This document shows positions 1-12,900 of a DNA stretch of 64,000 nt, piece by piece. The stretch is from Takakia lepidozioides (lineage: Eukaryota; Plantae; Bryophyta). The notes below the pieces were generated by a model. That model searched no databases, had not been told where the DNA came from, and was given only the letters and a program-made list of their open reading frames with translations. The position numbers and the translations under genes were made by a program. Every line of letters begins with the position of its first letter. Positions within the stretch are counted from its first letter, which is position 1. The stretch covers positions 95,232,001 to 95,296,000 of the forward strand of contig CM060731.1 in the NCBI GenBank assembly GCA_030704615.1, in the 5' to 3' direction.

Positions 1-597
1 GTGGAGTTTTTGTTACCTACCATGAGAACTAAATGGGGAAGGAGAATGGAATTGGAAGATTCAATTAAGGTCAGGAAACATGAATTATACCGTGTGGAAG
101 AAGTATGTGCTGATGCAGCAGATAACATGACCAGAATTCAGATGAGGAGGAAAGATCAATTTCATGAAGGTAAATTAAAGATTTTTAAGATGAGAGATTT
201 GGTACTATGGTTGCAGAAGAAGGGAAAGATTAAAGCTTCTAAGCTTAAATCACCATGGAAAGGACCTTATGTCATACAGAAGATGTATGATAACAACACA
301 GCCATGTTACAAACCATTAACAAAGAGATGCTGGGAAGAATCAATGCCAATAAGTTGAAGGGATACAGTGGTATCCATGACAAACCATTGCGGCACGATT
401 TGCATGTTGAAACACAGAAACAGTCACGGGCTGCACCGGTGATACCAACGGAGTATGGAGCACTTGTCATTAAGCCGAGTATGTATGGCCAGGGCGGAAG
501 GTACAGATGTTCACATAGCTATCACAGCCCATCACAACATCACACAGCCTATCACAGCTCGTCACAGTCTGACACAGCCTATCACAGCCTAACATAG
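1..597 (+). CDS. pol: Integrase C-terminal (GPY/F) region of Pol, partial
   Basis: KLKSPWKGPYVI...GRINANKLKGY; closely matches the translation of copy B at about 53550-54050. Confidence 0.9.
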   Translation: MEFLLPTMRTKWGRRMELEDSIKVRKHELYRVEEVCADAADNMTRIQMRRKDQFHEGKLKIFKMRDLVLWLQKKGKIKASKLKSPWKGPYVIQKMYDNNTAMLQTINKEMLGRINANKLKGYSGIHDKPLRHDLHVETQKQSRAAPVIPTEYGALVIKPSMYGQGGRYRCSHSYHSPSQHHTAYHSSSQSDTAYHSLT

Positions 598-600
598 CCC
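515..600 (+). repeat. CACAGC/TATCACAGC short tandem repeats downstream of integrase
   Basis: Repeated cacagcctatcacagc units; homologous to the longer array at 53240-53540. Confidence 0.75.
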
Positions 601-627
601 ACGCGGGTTGCACAGTCCATAGGGTTA

Positions 628-3600
628 GTGACAGGTGGATGCGGGTTAACGTCAGAAAAGTGGCCGGCGGGTGAAAGAACAGCTTGGAAGTCAAACTCGG
701 AGAGTGTGCCACGCGGACTGGGGAAGACGGAGGCATGTCTAAAAACGAACACGTGGCCACTAGGCCGAAGCACACCGCGGTGCATATATTGCAAAAGTGA
801 GTGTCATCATGTAAGAGGACAAACTGGGCCGTCAAAGTACCTAACCGGTACAGTAGCCAAAACTATTTGTGGGCCCATTAATGCATTCAGGGTAAAAGTA
901 ACGGAACCCTTCACGAGTACAGAAAAGGGGAACTTTTGCCACATATGCTGTCCTAGTGGACATTCCAGGTGGGAATGTCCACTGAGGGGGGTAAAATTAA
1001 GAAATTACGCAAGGAGGCAACAGCCAATCAGGAGCGAGAATTTCATGCAGGTGGTTCCCTCCAAGAAACAAGAAGAAGAAATTAGAAAAGTTATGAGCGG
1101 AAGAGTCGGGGTGACTCTGAATAACCAGTGTCTCGATGGGAGGGGCAATCATAGCTTTAGCTTTGTAGCTATGGCGGATATTACAGATTATACGCTCACT
1201 TTACTTCTTACGCAGTGGCGCAAGGACGGACGGGTTGAGAGTACATTCTCTCTCACTCGATACTTGCAAGCCCCACAGGTTTACACGCACTTACCCGTTC
1301 CATTTTGTGCCAACCATACTTTTATGCTCTACGCCTTGCAAGCTTTCTTAGAGCTATTTCAAACAAGGCCATCTTGTTTGTCTGGAATGAAGAGAATTCG
1401 GGGAATGGAGGATGTCAGGGTGAAGAGCACCACGATTCTGCAGAAGCAGACAATTGCTATACCTCAGGCAGTGCAGCTGTGGAAGGAGTTGCGATTGGAG
1501 GGACTGCTACGCAAAGAATGGTCCTTGCATCATAGGGCATTCATGATACAATTCATTCAGAACTTTGAACCTCAGACGGGAGATACACAAGTGAGGGGAG
1601 TAGATATAGAGATTACTCCCCAATACTTGCAGCAATTGTTTGAATTGCCATCAGGCCGTGTAAATGTGGATGAGCACAGGGCAAGATTGCAGATAGATGA
1701 TTTGTTCCAAGAAGGGAGTTTCTTTAAGACTCAGGGATACACTTGCACCAAGGCCGAGTACCCAGGGTTAAAAGAAGTTGGTCAAGTTCTGAACATTTTG
1801 TTTGCCATGAAACAGAACCAACAATACCTTAGCAGATCATTCACGGAAGAGATACTGAAAGCCTTGAGGGGGGAAGATGTGGCTTGGGCGGACTTAATGT
1901 ACAATGGTTTGGTGGAAGAGATGAAGCGGTTACAAGGCACTACTGCTAAGTCTCCAATCGTTGTGACTGGCCCAGTGATTGCGCAAATTATTCTTGATTC
2001 TTGCATACTTGATGCGCGAGAACGTAAGGAGATGGGAGTGTTTGAGGCAGCAACCACTGCAATTGAGGAACAGGGCTCTTCACATGGTGAAGGTGGATTG
2101 GAAGGGCGGTACCAGTCCAAGAGACAAAAGAGGGACACGCCTATAGTGGCCGATCCACTAGCTTCAAGGGAACCGCGAAATGATGATGTTTCCATAGCTC
2201 TTGTGCAAGATGGGGAACAGCCGCACAAAGGGCTGTTATTACTGGAAGCACAACCTTTGGAGAGGGAAGAAGAAGTCACTTCGGTACCAAAGCCATCACA
2301 GCCAGTTGACTCGGTTGTCTCAGAGGTCCCTCAGTTAGTACATGTTGTTGCACCAGAGTCTGTTGAAGGAGAAGGGTTGGACATTCCCACTACAGAGCAG
2401 GTCGTGGCAGAAATTGAGAAGGGTGACCTTCTCTATGAAAACTCTGGCTTGGTCAGGGAACCAATGGTACCAGAGGTGCAGAGTTTGACCAAGGAAATCC
2501 CTGCTGTGCATGTGATACCCAAACCTGTGGCGAAGGTTCCAGAGGTAGAATGTCAGGGCACTGCAGCGCCTGTGGAGAATGAGGTCGTTTAGGAAGAAGA
2601 TCTTGTGGGAACGTGGCCTGAATGGTTGGTGAAACATCACATTGTGGAGGATCAGGGAGAACAGCAGCAAGTTCACCATGAAGATCTACAGCAGGCCATG
2701 CTTATGAGTTCCATAAGCAGGACACTCAATTTGTTGGGCACTTATGTGAAATCCCATGTTCCATCTACACAATTGGCAGCTTTGAGGGAGGAACTCAAGC
2801 AGGAGTTTGAGGCTAGAATTGCCACTGAGTGTGCAAATAAGGTAGATGTGGAGGCCAACCTCAAGTTACAGAAAGAGTTGGAGGACACCAAGGTTGCCTT
2901 GCAGCTAGCAAAGGGGAATCTGATTGAAGCAGGTTTGGAGCATGAGAAATTCCATGCAGTGCATAAGCAACAGCTATACCAGTTGCAAATGACGCATGAG
3001 GATAAATTACAGGAGATAAAGGTGCTTCATATAGAGTTGGAAGCAGTTCATCAGAAAATGACCATTCAATGCGCCACGCTAACAACTGCTCTGCAGCAGA
3101 CTGCAGCAGAAGTTAACAAACAAGCAGAGAGGTGTATGATAGTGGAGGCCGAGACAGTGGAGCAAGGGAAACTCATTGTTGAGTTGACGGCTACTATCCG
3201 TGGCAATGAGGATACCTTCCAACAATACAGTCGGATGGAGGCTGAGAAAGAAAGGTACATCCTGGAGTTGCAGCAAACTCTCACGGGCCAGAAAAATGAA
3301 CTTTCTGTGGCTAACAGGCTTGGAAAGAAGCCAATAATCTGCCTATGCGGCCCTGGTTGAACCTCATGCGAAGCGCATGGAGGCTTTACAACAGCAGTTA
3401 GATGTGTACAGACTTAAGGAGGAGCAGGCTCTCAGGGGTGCTACGCAAGACTTGGTGGATAATCGTCTTATGCAAGTATGGTTAACACAAGGGCCGGTGG
3501 AAGGGAAGGCACCACGCAAGCTCACCCAGGGGGAGATGAATGATCTTAGGTTGCAGGTCCAAAACATTGCTACAACTACTATAGACAATGTCTATAGTAA

Positions 3601-4668
3601 TAGCTGAGTTACAGGATGATGTAGAAGGGCTGCAGACTCCAGTGGATGACCTGAGCTCGAACATTGACAACAGAGCTTTAGTTCCTGAAGAGCAGCTCAT
3701 GGCTACTTATCTGCAGGCCAGGACTTTGATTTTCCAATCTTCATCACAGGAGGTGCAGGAGTTGCCAGCAGTAGGACGGACAACGGCGGCAATATCACAA
3801 CCTCCACAGCAGGTTGTTGTGCAGGTGGCTGACACTGTTGATACCATGGCGCAGCCACAGTCTGAGGTTTTGGGGGGATGCTGCTTTCAACCCACCTAGA
3901 ACTCCTGCTGCACGGGAGTACAATCGGGCTATGATTATGCCCTTCAACCAAATTCCCATTGTGATGGATTTGGCTTGGAAGGAATTCAGTGCTCCACAGT
4001 CTTTGGCACATTATTACCAGATCATGCGCATTTGGTTGCCAGTGGCAACTCGGACTAAGGTTCTTCCAAACAATCGACCCATTGAGGATCATCACTTTGC
4101 AAGGTACTGGTCTGAGGCAGGCACCATGCTGAAGGAATTAATTGCCTTCCATGTTGTTCATGGGTACATCTACACCAAGACCAAGGAGGTATCTAGTATT
4201 GTCATGGGCTGTGGATTGTACTGTGCTGCTTGTTTCATGGCCCGTTATCACATTGAGCAGCAGAAGATGCAATCACGATTTTTGAGTTATTCCAGTGGGG
4301 ATCATTGGGTCTTACCTTCAGTTCCGCCCCATATGTATCTCTATGATGCGAAAGTCATGATGCAGAAGGATTCCCAGCTTCGTTCATGGTTTAATTTGGC
4401 TTGGAACAACTTGGTCAAAGAAAAATTGGGCCCTGATGATATTTTCTATAAGGGACATGAAGCTTGGAAATACTTACACTGTTCCAAAGTCATTGGCACA
4501 CCTCTCACCTATACGGCCAAGGAGTTCAGGGAGTTCACTCATTTTGATTGCAAGCGTTTACAACAAGTAGTACAGTTTAAGCTTCCAGACATGGTGGGCC
4601 AACATTGTATGCCACGCAGGATTCCGGAGGAGCCACTTAAAGTTCGGCTGCCAAAACACTCCACATAA
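628..4668 (+). pseudogene. Extra 3' ORF of the retrotransposon (Athila ORF/plant transposon-protein-like domain, coiled coil, C-terminal globular domain), disrupted
   Basis: Split over 628-2592, 2605-3360, 3377-3607, 3588-3899 and 3814-4668; motif FMIQFIQNF...VRGVDIEITP..L..LF.LP; high amino-acid similarity to 48998-52763. Confidence 0.8.
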
Positions 4669-4738
4669 AACATGAACTTTCTTCCCAATAGGTAATGCCT
4701 GAATTTCTTGACTGCATAAACCATTGCCAATGCTTCTC
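4660..4738 (-). other. Inverted ~80-bp fragment of the element's own RNase H coding region at the truncation junction
   Basis: Translates to EALAMVYAVKKFRHYLLGRKFMFYV, matching 55158-55236 of copy B. Confidence 0.85.
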
Positions 4739-5117
4739 CGGGGGTACAACGTCTGGGGGTACCACCGGAGGTAGAACCGGAGGTGGATCAGGCAGAGAAA
4801 CAGACGGGAGGGGCCCCCCACAATCGGCATGCAAGCTGCTACTGCATGTAGGGCGCAGAGAATCATCAGATGATGACACTTGATCAGGGGGACCGCCGGA
4901 CACCGGCCGAGGGGGGGGGGGCCATAACGCCTGCGACACCTACGATACCTCGAGACCCTTCGCATCTCATCTATCTCATGCTGGGGGAACCAACTGGTCA
5001 CATCGGGCACAGGCTTGGCACAAATTGTGCAAGCACACTAGCGCGAAATGCCTCCTATGCAATGTGATTGCGAGCTTGGGCATCAAGTCATGGCTGCAAT
5101 ATGCGTAGTATACGATG

Positions 5118-6179
5118 CTATTTGGGGAAAGGGGGGGTATGGGTATATTTATGCTGGTTTGGGTCAATTGTGGCTAATAGCTTGACCCCAGTAGGAAAGC
5201 GTAGAAGTGGGTGGGAGGTGGTAGGTGTGTTTTGTTGTGTGAGGATGAGGATAGTTGAAGCATAAGAAGATGAATGTGCAGCAAATTTGGCCCATTGAAG
5301 AGCTTCATGGGCAAGGGGTCCAGATGGGGGGTGGGCGAGACCACGGCCCTCCCAGGTATGCTTGGTAGCATTACCTGTGGCCCCAAAAATGCAATCTCTG
5401 TGGTGTAGGCTGGCAAATGTGTCGAGTTCCATAGGGCAGGTTAGTGGGTTGAAGTAGTATGAGTGAGTGATCTGGAATGTTTTGATAAGTAAGGCGAGGA
5501 TATCTTGGGGAATAGTGTGATGTGCGCTTGCCGTTTCTTGCCGTGCAAGGGAACGTGGTTTTTTAGGAGGGGTGTCTTTGAGATAGCGGTCGATAAGCCA
5601 ATATACTTCTGTGGCAAAATCTTGTTTTGGTGGGAGTAGCTCTTGTGGGTATGTCTTTGGGGTAGAGTATTTGCTCCATAGCCATGTTAATCTATCGTTG
5701 GGGATAAGCCCTATGTAGCGGCCATTTTGTGCATATATACTAGAAAGGCGGGGGCCCATGCGGACTAGAGGTTGAGCATGATGTTGGATATCTTTGTCCG
5801 GATTACATTCAGCTATGCATATGTGTACGTTAGGGGCCGAGATCGGTTTATGTATGTACTTATTGTCTATATGCTGGATGGGGGTGGCATGTTGTTGGTG
5901 AATATGTGTTAGGTAGTCAATGTTAGTGGTTTTGTAGAACATGGTGAGAAGGGTGAGGTTTTGGTCTGGATCACAGTCATCATGTGGGCCGAATAGATCA
6001 TCTTCTATTTGACATGTGTTGTCTTCGTCAGGGTAGCTGGCCCACTTGCACTGGTAGTATGTGTCAACACAGGTGGCCCCGAAGGCGTCAATTGACGTTT
6101 GGGTTTTAATACCTAGTATGGCTTCAATGACATAGGCATCAGGGTTATCAGAGTTATGCGGGGAGGTAGGGTGGGGCAT
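5118..6179 (-). pseudogene. ORF fragment: chromodomain followed by a PCIF1/CAPAM-like methyltransferase-like region; probably derived from a retroelement polyprotein
   Basis: YVIEAILG...YYQCKWASYPDEDNT (chromo); HSYYFNPLTC...FASLHHRDCIFGATGNA...WEGRGLAHPP resembles the PCIF1 pattern FASPLN...D..FG..G......NPPF in degenerate form. Confidence 0.55.
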
Positions 6180-6294
6180 TGTTGGAGATAGTGGGGGTTG
6201 GGTGGGAGTGTCTCATGTATTGGCTAGGGAGGTTAGTGTTAGGAAGAGTTGCTGCACTCCAACAAATGAAAGGGGGGGTGGGGGGGGGGGGGGG

Positions 6295-6790
6295 TTGCGA
6301 CGCTAGCCGCGCCCCCACGCCCCGTCGTGCGACGCCAACCCCACCCCGCGGAGCCTGTTTGCGACGCCGGGCCGTCGCAACCAAACCCCGCGGGTCGCTA
6401 CCTGGCCGTTGCACGAGTGGATGAAGGGCAGAAGGCAGCCCAGCGTCGCCCCCCAGCGAAGGGCAAAAGACAGCCCTTTGTGGCAACGGCCGGTCGTCGC
6501 AAGCCGAAAAAAAATCCTTTTCTTGCCCTTTCCTTCATCGCAGCCCTTTCTTGCGACGCCAGGCCGTCGCATGGTGGCATGAAGGGCAAAAGGCCCTACG
6601 ACGGCCGGGCGTCGTAAACAGCCCGGCTGCCCTATTCTTTCAAAACAAAAAAACAGGTCACAGTTTGCGACGGCTTGTCGTCGCCATTTGCGACCCCCGG
6701 CGTCATAAATCCAAGAAAACACGTCGCAGTTTGCGACTCGTGGGCGTCGCAGGCAGCGATGGCAGGGCTTTCTAGGTTTAGGTTTAGGAC
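6295..6790. repeat. GC-rich block with about 12 TGCGAC/GTCGCA motifs in both orientations; likely CACTA subterminal repeats
   Basis: ttgcgacg and cgtcgca recur at intervals of tens of bp; lies just 3' of the CACTA transposase. Confidence 0.5.
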
Positions 6791-7109
6791 CTTTGGGGGT
6801 TCTTAGTTTTTTTTTTTTTTTTTCATATGGTACTGGGGGTAGGGTGTTTGTTTTTCTTTATGGTTTAGCTTGTTGTTGTGGACCTTCTTGTAGATTGTGA
6901 CATTCATTTTGATAATTCTCTTGATACCACATGAGTATGTGTTGCTCCAACATATTCATTGCCTCTGCCTTCTTTCTTGAAAGACTACCAACCACAACCA
7001 TATTTGATCAATCATAGAAATAAGCTACAATATGTATGTACATGTACAATCAATCGAAGGGATGGGTCCAGTTTGGTGCGAGAATTGTTATGTAGCTTTG
7101 ATTTTGTGT

Positions 7110-9070
7110 CTAATCTACAACTTGAACATCATCATCCGGAGCTTCTTCATCCTCATCAAGCTGCAAGTCTTCTTGGTCATCGGAGTCATCGTCATAAATG
7201 GCCCGGCCCTCAAAAGACACCTCCGAATCATCCTCCACCTCATTATCAATGGCCGTGTCTTCTTCTCCTTCTCCAACATCCGTATCTTCTGGAGCTTCAT
7301 CATATAGGGTCCGGGATGCATTGTCCGGGGCGTCATCATCCTCTTCTACCCCTCTACCCAACCTCCATCATCAGCATCATTATGACCAGTCTCTCCGTCC
7401 ACCGCAATTGCCTCACCCCATGGAGATCCGAGACCATGATAGATACATCTTCCTCTTGGCTGAGCATGCACAACCACCTTCTAATTCCCCCCTCTTGTTT
7501 TGTCATCGGAGAAGAAAACTTGCTCCATGTCTGAAGGCCGTGAAAAAAGCTCATCGGAGGGATGATGAGTAGGGTTGAGCCTATATGCATTGACGCACAT
7601 GAAATCACAATCATCTTGCACTAGTGTTGCGGAGGGCCCCACAAGATGTGGCTGGAACCACCTTCCCTTGAAGAGAAGAGGCCGGTACCTTGTATACTGA
7701 AGTTGGAATATGCTCTCAAGCTCTCCAATGTACTCAAGTTTGCTCATAGCAGGTCGTGTATCTCCCTTGCCCCACACGGAGTCTTGCCAATATGTGGCAC
7801 ACAAGCCAGAATCAAAGGTTGTTTTGCGCTTCATGTCAAGAGCACGAATGCGGAAATGACGACCGTGAACCCAAACCGCCATGTATGAGGTCGCGAATTG
7901 AGAGGGGCCCCTTGCAATGTCTTGCACCAAATCTGAAACCACCTCTCCTTAAGCAACGGTGTCATAAACTGAAGTCCGAAGCCACTGTTGGAATGAACTT
8001 AGAGGCTACAATTCCATGGGCAAATTTTGTGAAGGAATGTTCCGGCGGCCCGCTCCTCGTCGTGGGCGTCTAGTAATCAGCCTTGGATGGTTCCGCCTCC
8101 ATGCAAGCGTCTCCTCCTCTCGTTGCTGAACAAGATTATTGTATCTTGCCTCCCACTCATGTATGGATGGGGTGTTCTTCAGTATGAAGTCATGCGCTTG
8201 CTCAATCTCGGCAATTTTACCCTCTTCGATTTTTTGGGCAAAACGATGTGGTTCGTGCATCCTCCTCTTCCTTCCACATCTGAGGGGCTTCCTCATCCAC
8301 CCTTGCCATGTACTCTATGCAATAGAACATAGCTTCTTGCAACGTATACCCCTCCACCATGCTACCCTCCGGGTGCACCATTTATCTTACAAATCCTTTC
8401 AAAGTCTTCATATAATGCTCAAGGAAGTACATCCACCGAGAATGAACGGGGCCGGCAATCGAAGCCTCTTCCACTAAGTGCACTACCAAGTGTACTTGGA
8501 TGTCAAAGAAGGAGGGAGGAATGTACATCTCTAGCATACACATTACCTCCGCCGCCTTCTTCTTCATGCGTGGAAAATCCGCTTCCTCCAACTCTTTGGA
8601 GCAAATCCACCGGAACAAGCCTCCTCCCAATCTATAGATTGTCTCACAAACCTCGGGAGTCAATGTCCCAAGATGGGCAAGATGTCTTGCAATAGATTGT
8701 GGTAATCATGAGTCTTCAAACCATGGACCCCGTCTTCTTCGCTGAACTTCGTACGGAGGGATGACCCATAACTAGTTGGTGTTCGGACAGCACTTATGGT
8801 GGCTATCACTTTCTTGTATTCCTCCTTTGTCCATTGCCAAGGTGCGCGCCTATACTTCCACCGTACAACACCTTTTGGGTCCACACCATTTTCTTCGGCC
8901 CATAGATGGTGCATGCGACCCTGCTCCTCAAGCTCCTTTCTAACACCGAGAGAATCTCCTTTTGCAGCCACTCCCTTCTTTGCCGGCGTGCCATGAAGAA
9001 CCCGAAAAAAGGACGAGCAGACATTCTTCTCAATATGCATGGGATCTAGAAGATGACAAATCTTCAGGTC
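7110..9070 (-). pseudogene. CACTA/EnSpm transposase (TnpD-like), 3' part with DUF4218/DUF4216-like regions, frameshifted
   Basis: HLLDPMHIEKNV, GLKTHDYH, PPSFFDIQVHLVVHL, GPVHSRWMY, YIGELESIFQLQY..LFKGRWF. Confidence 0.9.
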
Positions 9071-9134
9071 CTACATATATCCCCACCCACAAATACTTAC
9101 ACAATTTATTTTACGTGAAAGTGACAATGCAATG

Positions 9135-9190
9135 GAGGTTTGCTATTTCATGAGCATGAGCGGCATGAGCGGCATGAGCGGCATGAGCAG
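9135..9190 (+). repeat. Left TIR with (GG)CATGAGC micro-repeats
   Basis: gaggtttgctatttcatgagcatgagcggcatgagcggcatgagc; same end at 40565 and, inverted, at 35097. Confidence 0.88.
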
Positions 9191-9397
9191 AGTAGTAACA
9201 CAATCGGTTTTCATGAGCAGAAGTACAAATTTCGAAAATAAAAAACAATAAAAAACAATAAAAAACAATAATTTAATGCAATGTGTCAGAAAAAACAAAT
9301 ATATTATTCGGCCCCTTGAAGGGAAAATTGCACTTTTGACAGTTGTGCTCATGATATTTTGTCTTCCGCTCATGCCAATTCCTAGCGACATGTGCAA

Positions 9398-9780
9398 ATA
9401 TGGCGCCGAATTTCGCGGTAATAGGGTCCGTAACCTGAAAAAACGGCGACGTATTTCGCGGCAATAGGTCTCTCTGGCGAAAAATGGTGCCGAATTCCGC
9501 GGCTATAGGTCCCCTCATGACAGGTAATTCGGCGCCATTTTTCCAGTGCATGTTCGGACTTAGCCAGTTTTCGGCCCAAAAAAGAGAAATTCGGCGCCAT
9601 TTTTCCAGACACGGTACCAGTGCATGTTGGGACTTAGCCAGTTTTCGGCCCCAAAAAGAGAAATTCGGCGCCATTTTCCCAAACACAGGTACCAGTGCAT
9701 GTTGGGACTTAGCGAGTTTTCGGCCCCAAAAAGAGAAATTCGGCGCCATTTTTCCAGAAATGGCCCCAGAACTGCTTCTG
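9398..9780. repeat. Left subterminal repeats (~75-bp units) carrying AATTCGGCGCC
   Basis: Three copies of ccagtgcatgttgggacttagccagttttcggcccc..agagaaattcggcgccattttcc plus scattered cores. Confidence 0.8.
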
Positions 9781-9913
9781 TTGGATCTCAGTTTGAATGG
9801 AATATTGCCTCATTCCAGGAGTTTTGGGGTGCATTTCATTACACTGCAAAAAAAAAGTCTGATACAGCAAAATGCATTTGAAAATATCCATATGGAGGAT
9901 TCCGTTTGCCCCA

Positions 9914-12900
9914 TCAATGATTTCTGGAATCCCTAAGAAGGAGTTTGTGCAGCTCGTTCACGCTCAACGCCGGTGCATGAATAAAGTCATCAATAGTCAC
10001 GTTCATCCTCAACCTCTTCAGGTAAATGTAATACAGATGCTTGCACGGATAATACTTCGAACCCTTCTTTGCTTCCATCAACGAGAAGTCCGTACAGTTG
10101 CAAGTCGGCTCCACTCCAATCGTAATTGTGTATACATCGTCGCGTACAGCCGAGCCGGCCGTTGCCATCCGATACACACGCCCAAGGCCGGGTGGGGGTA
10201 CGTCCACGGAGCTCTGAATAGTGCAAGCCATCCCAAGAGCATTGGCAATCCGAGTCTCATTCAACTTGTTGGGAGGGTGTCGTCTCTTCACTCTTCCGAA
10301 TCGCATTGTGGGATGTGCAGAATTGTCCAATCCGTCTCTACTGGACCGAGCAGTATGCAATGGCTGGGTCTGAGGAACCGGAAATGCGTGGGCCGGGATG
10401 TCTGTGCGTTGCACCATTCGAAATCCTGCTGCAGATAGAGCATCCGCCTCATTCTGAGAGAGGCTGCAACCCGGTGCAACAGGCCAGACGCCCGGAGGCT
10501 CCGGCATTCCCTGAATCCCGTACTTGGGCTTGCCAAATACACAGGTCATTATGTCGTGCCTACAGAACCAAAATGTCTGCGTTGTGGCGTGAGCAAATGT
10601 GGGAGTCAAAAATCTGCCGCTGAAACAAGGTGCAGGTACAGCACCGTGTGGGTTCCTCCGAATCATCTCACCACAGCGTGCTCTCGTATCCACCCGGATG
10701 GCGCAACACTTCCCTCGAAATGCCGGCAATGTCCTCGCAATTCTCCACTGTGACTCCGACACTCTTGTCTCCACAATGGGAATGTTGTATTGCTTTACTA
10801 CAGATGGCTCGTTATGTTGCCGGGGCACGCGCCCTGTGCTCAAAGGAGATGGCGATCTTGAACGTGCAGGACTTCCGGTGCTCGACGAGACCTCCTCGGA
10901 CAACATCACCGGACCACGAGGGAGCGTGCGAATATTCTTGTCAGCTCGCCATGAATCCTCTTCTCCGCCAGGTGCCTCGTCAAGTCTTCGTCTCACTGGA
11001 CGGGTATGAACATCTCCTTCCAAATGTTGGCCTCTTCGCAGCAATGGCGTGTCCCGAAGGCCCTCTCGCAAGGCCGCCGCCCACTTCCGAGGATTCTTCG
11101 ATCTGGAGGCAGTCCGCATCAGCATTTCCTGCCTGTCCGGCCCCAAGCCCCACTGTTTCCCTTTCAAGAACTCGTTGTACCTGCATTGCTGCATAATTGA
11201 CCTCACAATGTCCTCCGTTGTGGCAGTGAGGATGTCCACCAGATGCGCCGCAGAGGAGGCACGCCAGGAAGAGTGCACTGATTCGGCCATGTTTGTCGTG
11301 GGCATGTCGGTGTCGGAGTCGAGACACATTTCCTGCACAAGCACATGTTGAGGTTACAAGCAAGTTACAAATATGGCCAAGAATAATATCCAACGGGACG
11401 CGAATTCGTGCAACTCACCTCCCGCATATAGTCGCCGAACTGGAGGAAACGATAATGCCACCATGCTAGCCAACTGACCATTGCTCCTTCGTCTGATTTC
11501 CTTACAGCACCTGACGATGTCCACCAAGCCCGTATGCATGCAAACTGTGTCTCTGCATCATCCAAGGTGGGAGCGCGCTTCCACGCAAGGCACATGGAAC
11601 GGTGCTCCTCTCTGAAATCTGGCGCCACGAGCCTGGTTGTGTACTGCGAAAGGCTCTGCAGAAAGTGGAACCCACAAGATCTCTCCTTGCCTTCCATGGG
11701 AACATTGGGGTCTTGCCCGTACACCCTTCGGATGGCAGCCCAATTTGCTTGTGCGTTGTCCGCCATGAAACCACGGAAATTGGGAGGGGGCAATCCCGCC
11801 TTGGCCATCTGTTCGTTTATTCCCTGCCAAAGAAGCATCTCCGATTGTGTGTCCTCTCCTTTCATCTCACAAATAGCAATTGTCATTAGCATCCTGCAGT
11901 GGGTGTCGTAGACATGTGCACCCATTGTCACCCACTGGTGATTTGTAATTCGCTTGATATGGTCGAACATGACCCAACTGTTTGACAAGTTCCCACTCGT
12001 CATCCTGTCGACCAGTTCGACGCCACTGCCAGGTCCACACGTGGACATTTTGAATACGAAACAACGATCTGCCTCAGTCCCTTGTCCTGGAAACCTACTT
12101 CCATGAATGTAGTCATATCCACATCGTCGCTTCACCTCCAGAATGGAGTGCATATCCGAGCCACGCCCAATTTTCTGTTTGCAAGAGACAATGTGGTTTC
12201 GGACATTCGGTGAACATACGTGGGACACCGACTCGAGCAATGCCTCCATTTCCTTCTCGTCGAGAGGAACTCTATCCGAGCCGTCTTCCGACATAATTCT
12301 GGCCAATGCCATCTTATGGGCGGCTTGGAGCTGTATCTGTTTGGGTTTGGCACCCGGTCTCAACTTAACCTCCTCCTGAACGAGCTGCTCTGCTTCGTGG
12401 GCAGCCTCCCGCGAGTTCCCCCTCGCCAATTTGTGACAATGGGAACCAACGTGTAGGTGCAAGTGGGTGAGGTCAGGGAAACGGTGCAACACATAGAACT
12501 GCTTGGCATTACAAACAGACATGCAGTGTGGTGGTTCTTTGCAATGCGCACACTTAAATGTGGAGTTCGGAACCTTCTCCTGAGCTCGAAATGGTTGGTG
12601 AGCTGTGCCTGTCCAATCGGTCTCGTTCCTGTGACCTCTGGATTTAAAGTGGAAGCAAGTTGGGGAGAAACACCGCAACGCGCCCGCACAAACAACGTAG
12701 CGCACCCGCACACCATCAAGCATCTTCATGCTGGTGGTTTTGGTAACGCACCAAGGATGACCGTCATGTTTTCTATCCATATCTGTCAACATTCCGGACG
12801 CCCTCGAGTAGTCCGCCCGAGGAGGGAACTCAAAGAAGACATTACCGTCGACGTCGGCGGGAAGGCATGTAACCGATTTAATTGCGAACTTGCTGTAGTC

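Larger units (their letters stand above)
1..4660 (+). mobile_element. Ty3/gypsy non-chromovirus (Athila/Phygy-like) retrotransposon, 3' part (copy A), truncated before its 3' LTR
   Basis: Integrase C-terminus (GDLV-like RDLVLW...KLKSPWKGPY) followed by the same long extra ORF as in 48998-52763; colinear with the full-length copy B on the opposite strand. Confidence 0.9.

Noticed and set aside
5036-5050. CACTAGCGCGAAA as a definite CACTA terminus
   Set aside because: Plausible, but no partner TIR or 3-bp TSD can be identified in the window, so it is not listed as a feature
6773-6790. TTTAGG telomere-like repeats (also CCCTAA-like at 26221-26245)
   Set aside because: Only 2-4 degenerate units; too short to call an interstitial telomere
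9135-9160. Classification as Sola (GAG termini) or hAT (8-bp TSD)
   Set aside because: The TSD is not 4 bp, and the transposase has the MULE D-D-CxxH-E pattern with SWIM and no visible hAT BED or dimerisation motifs
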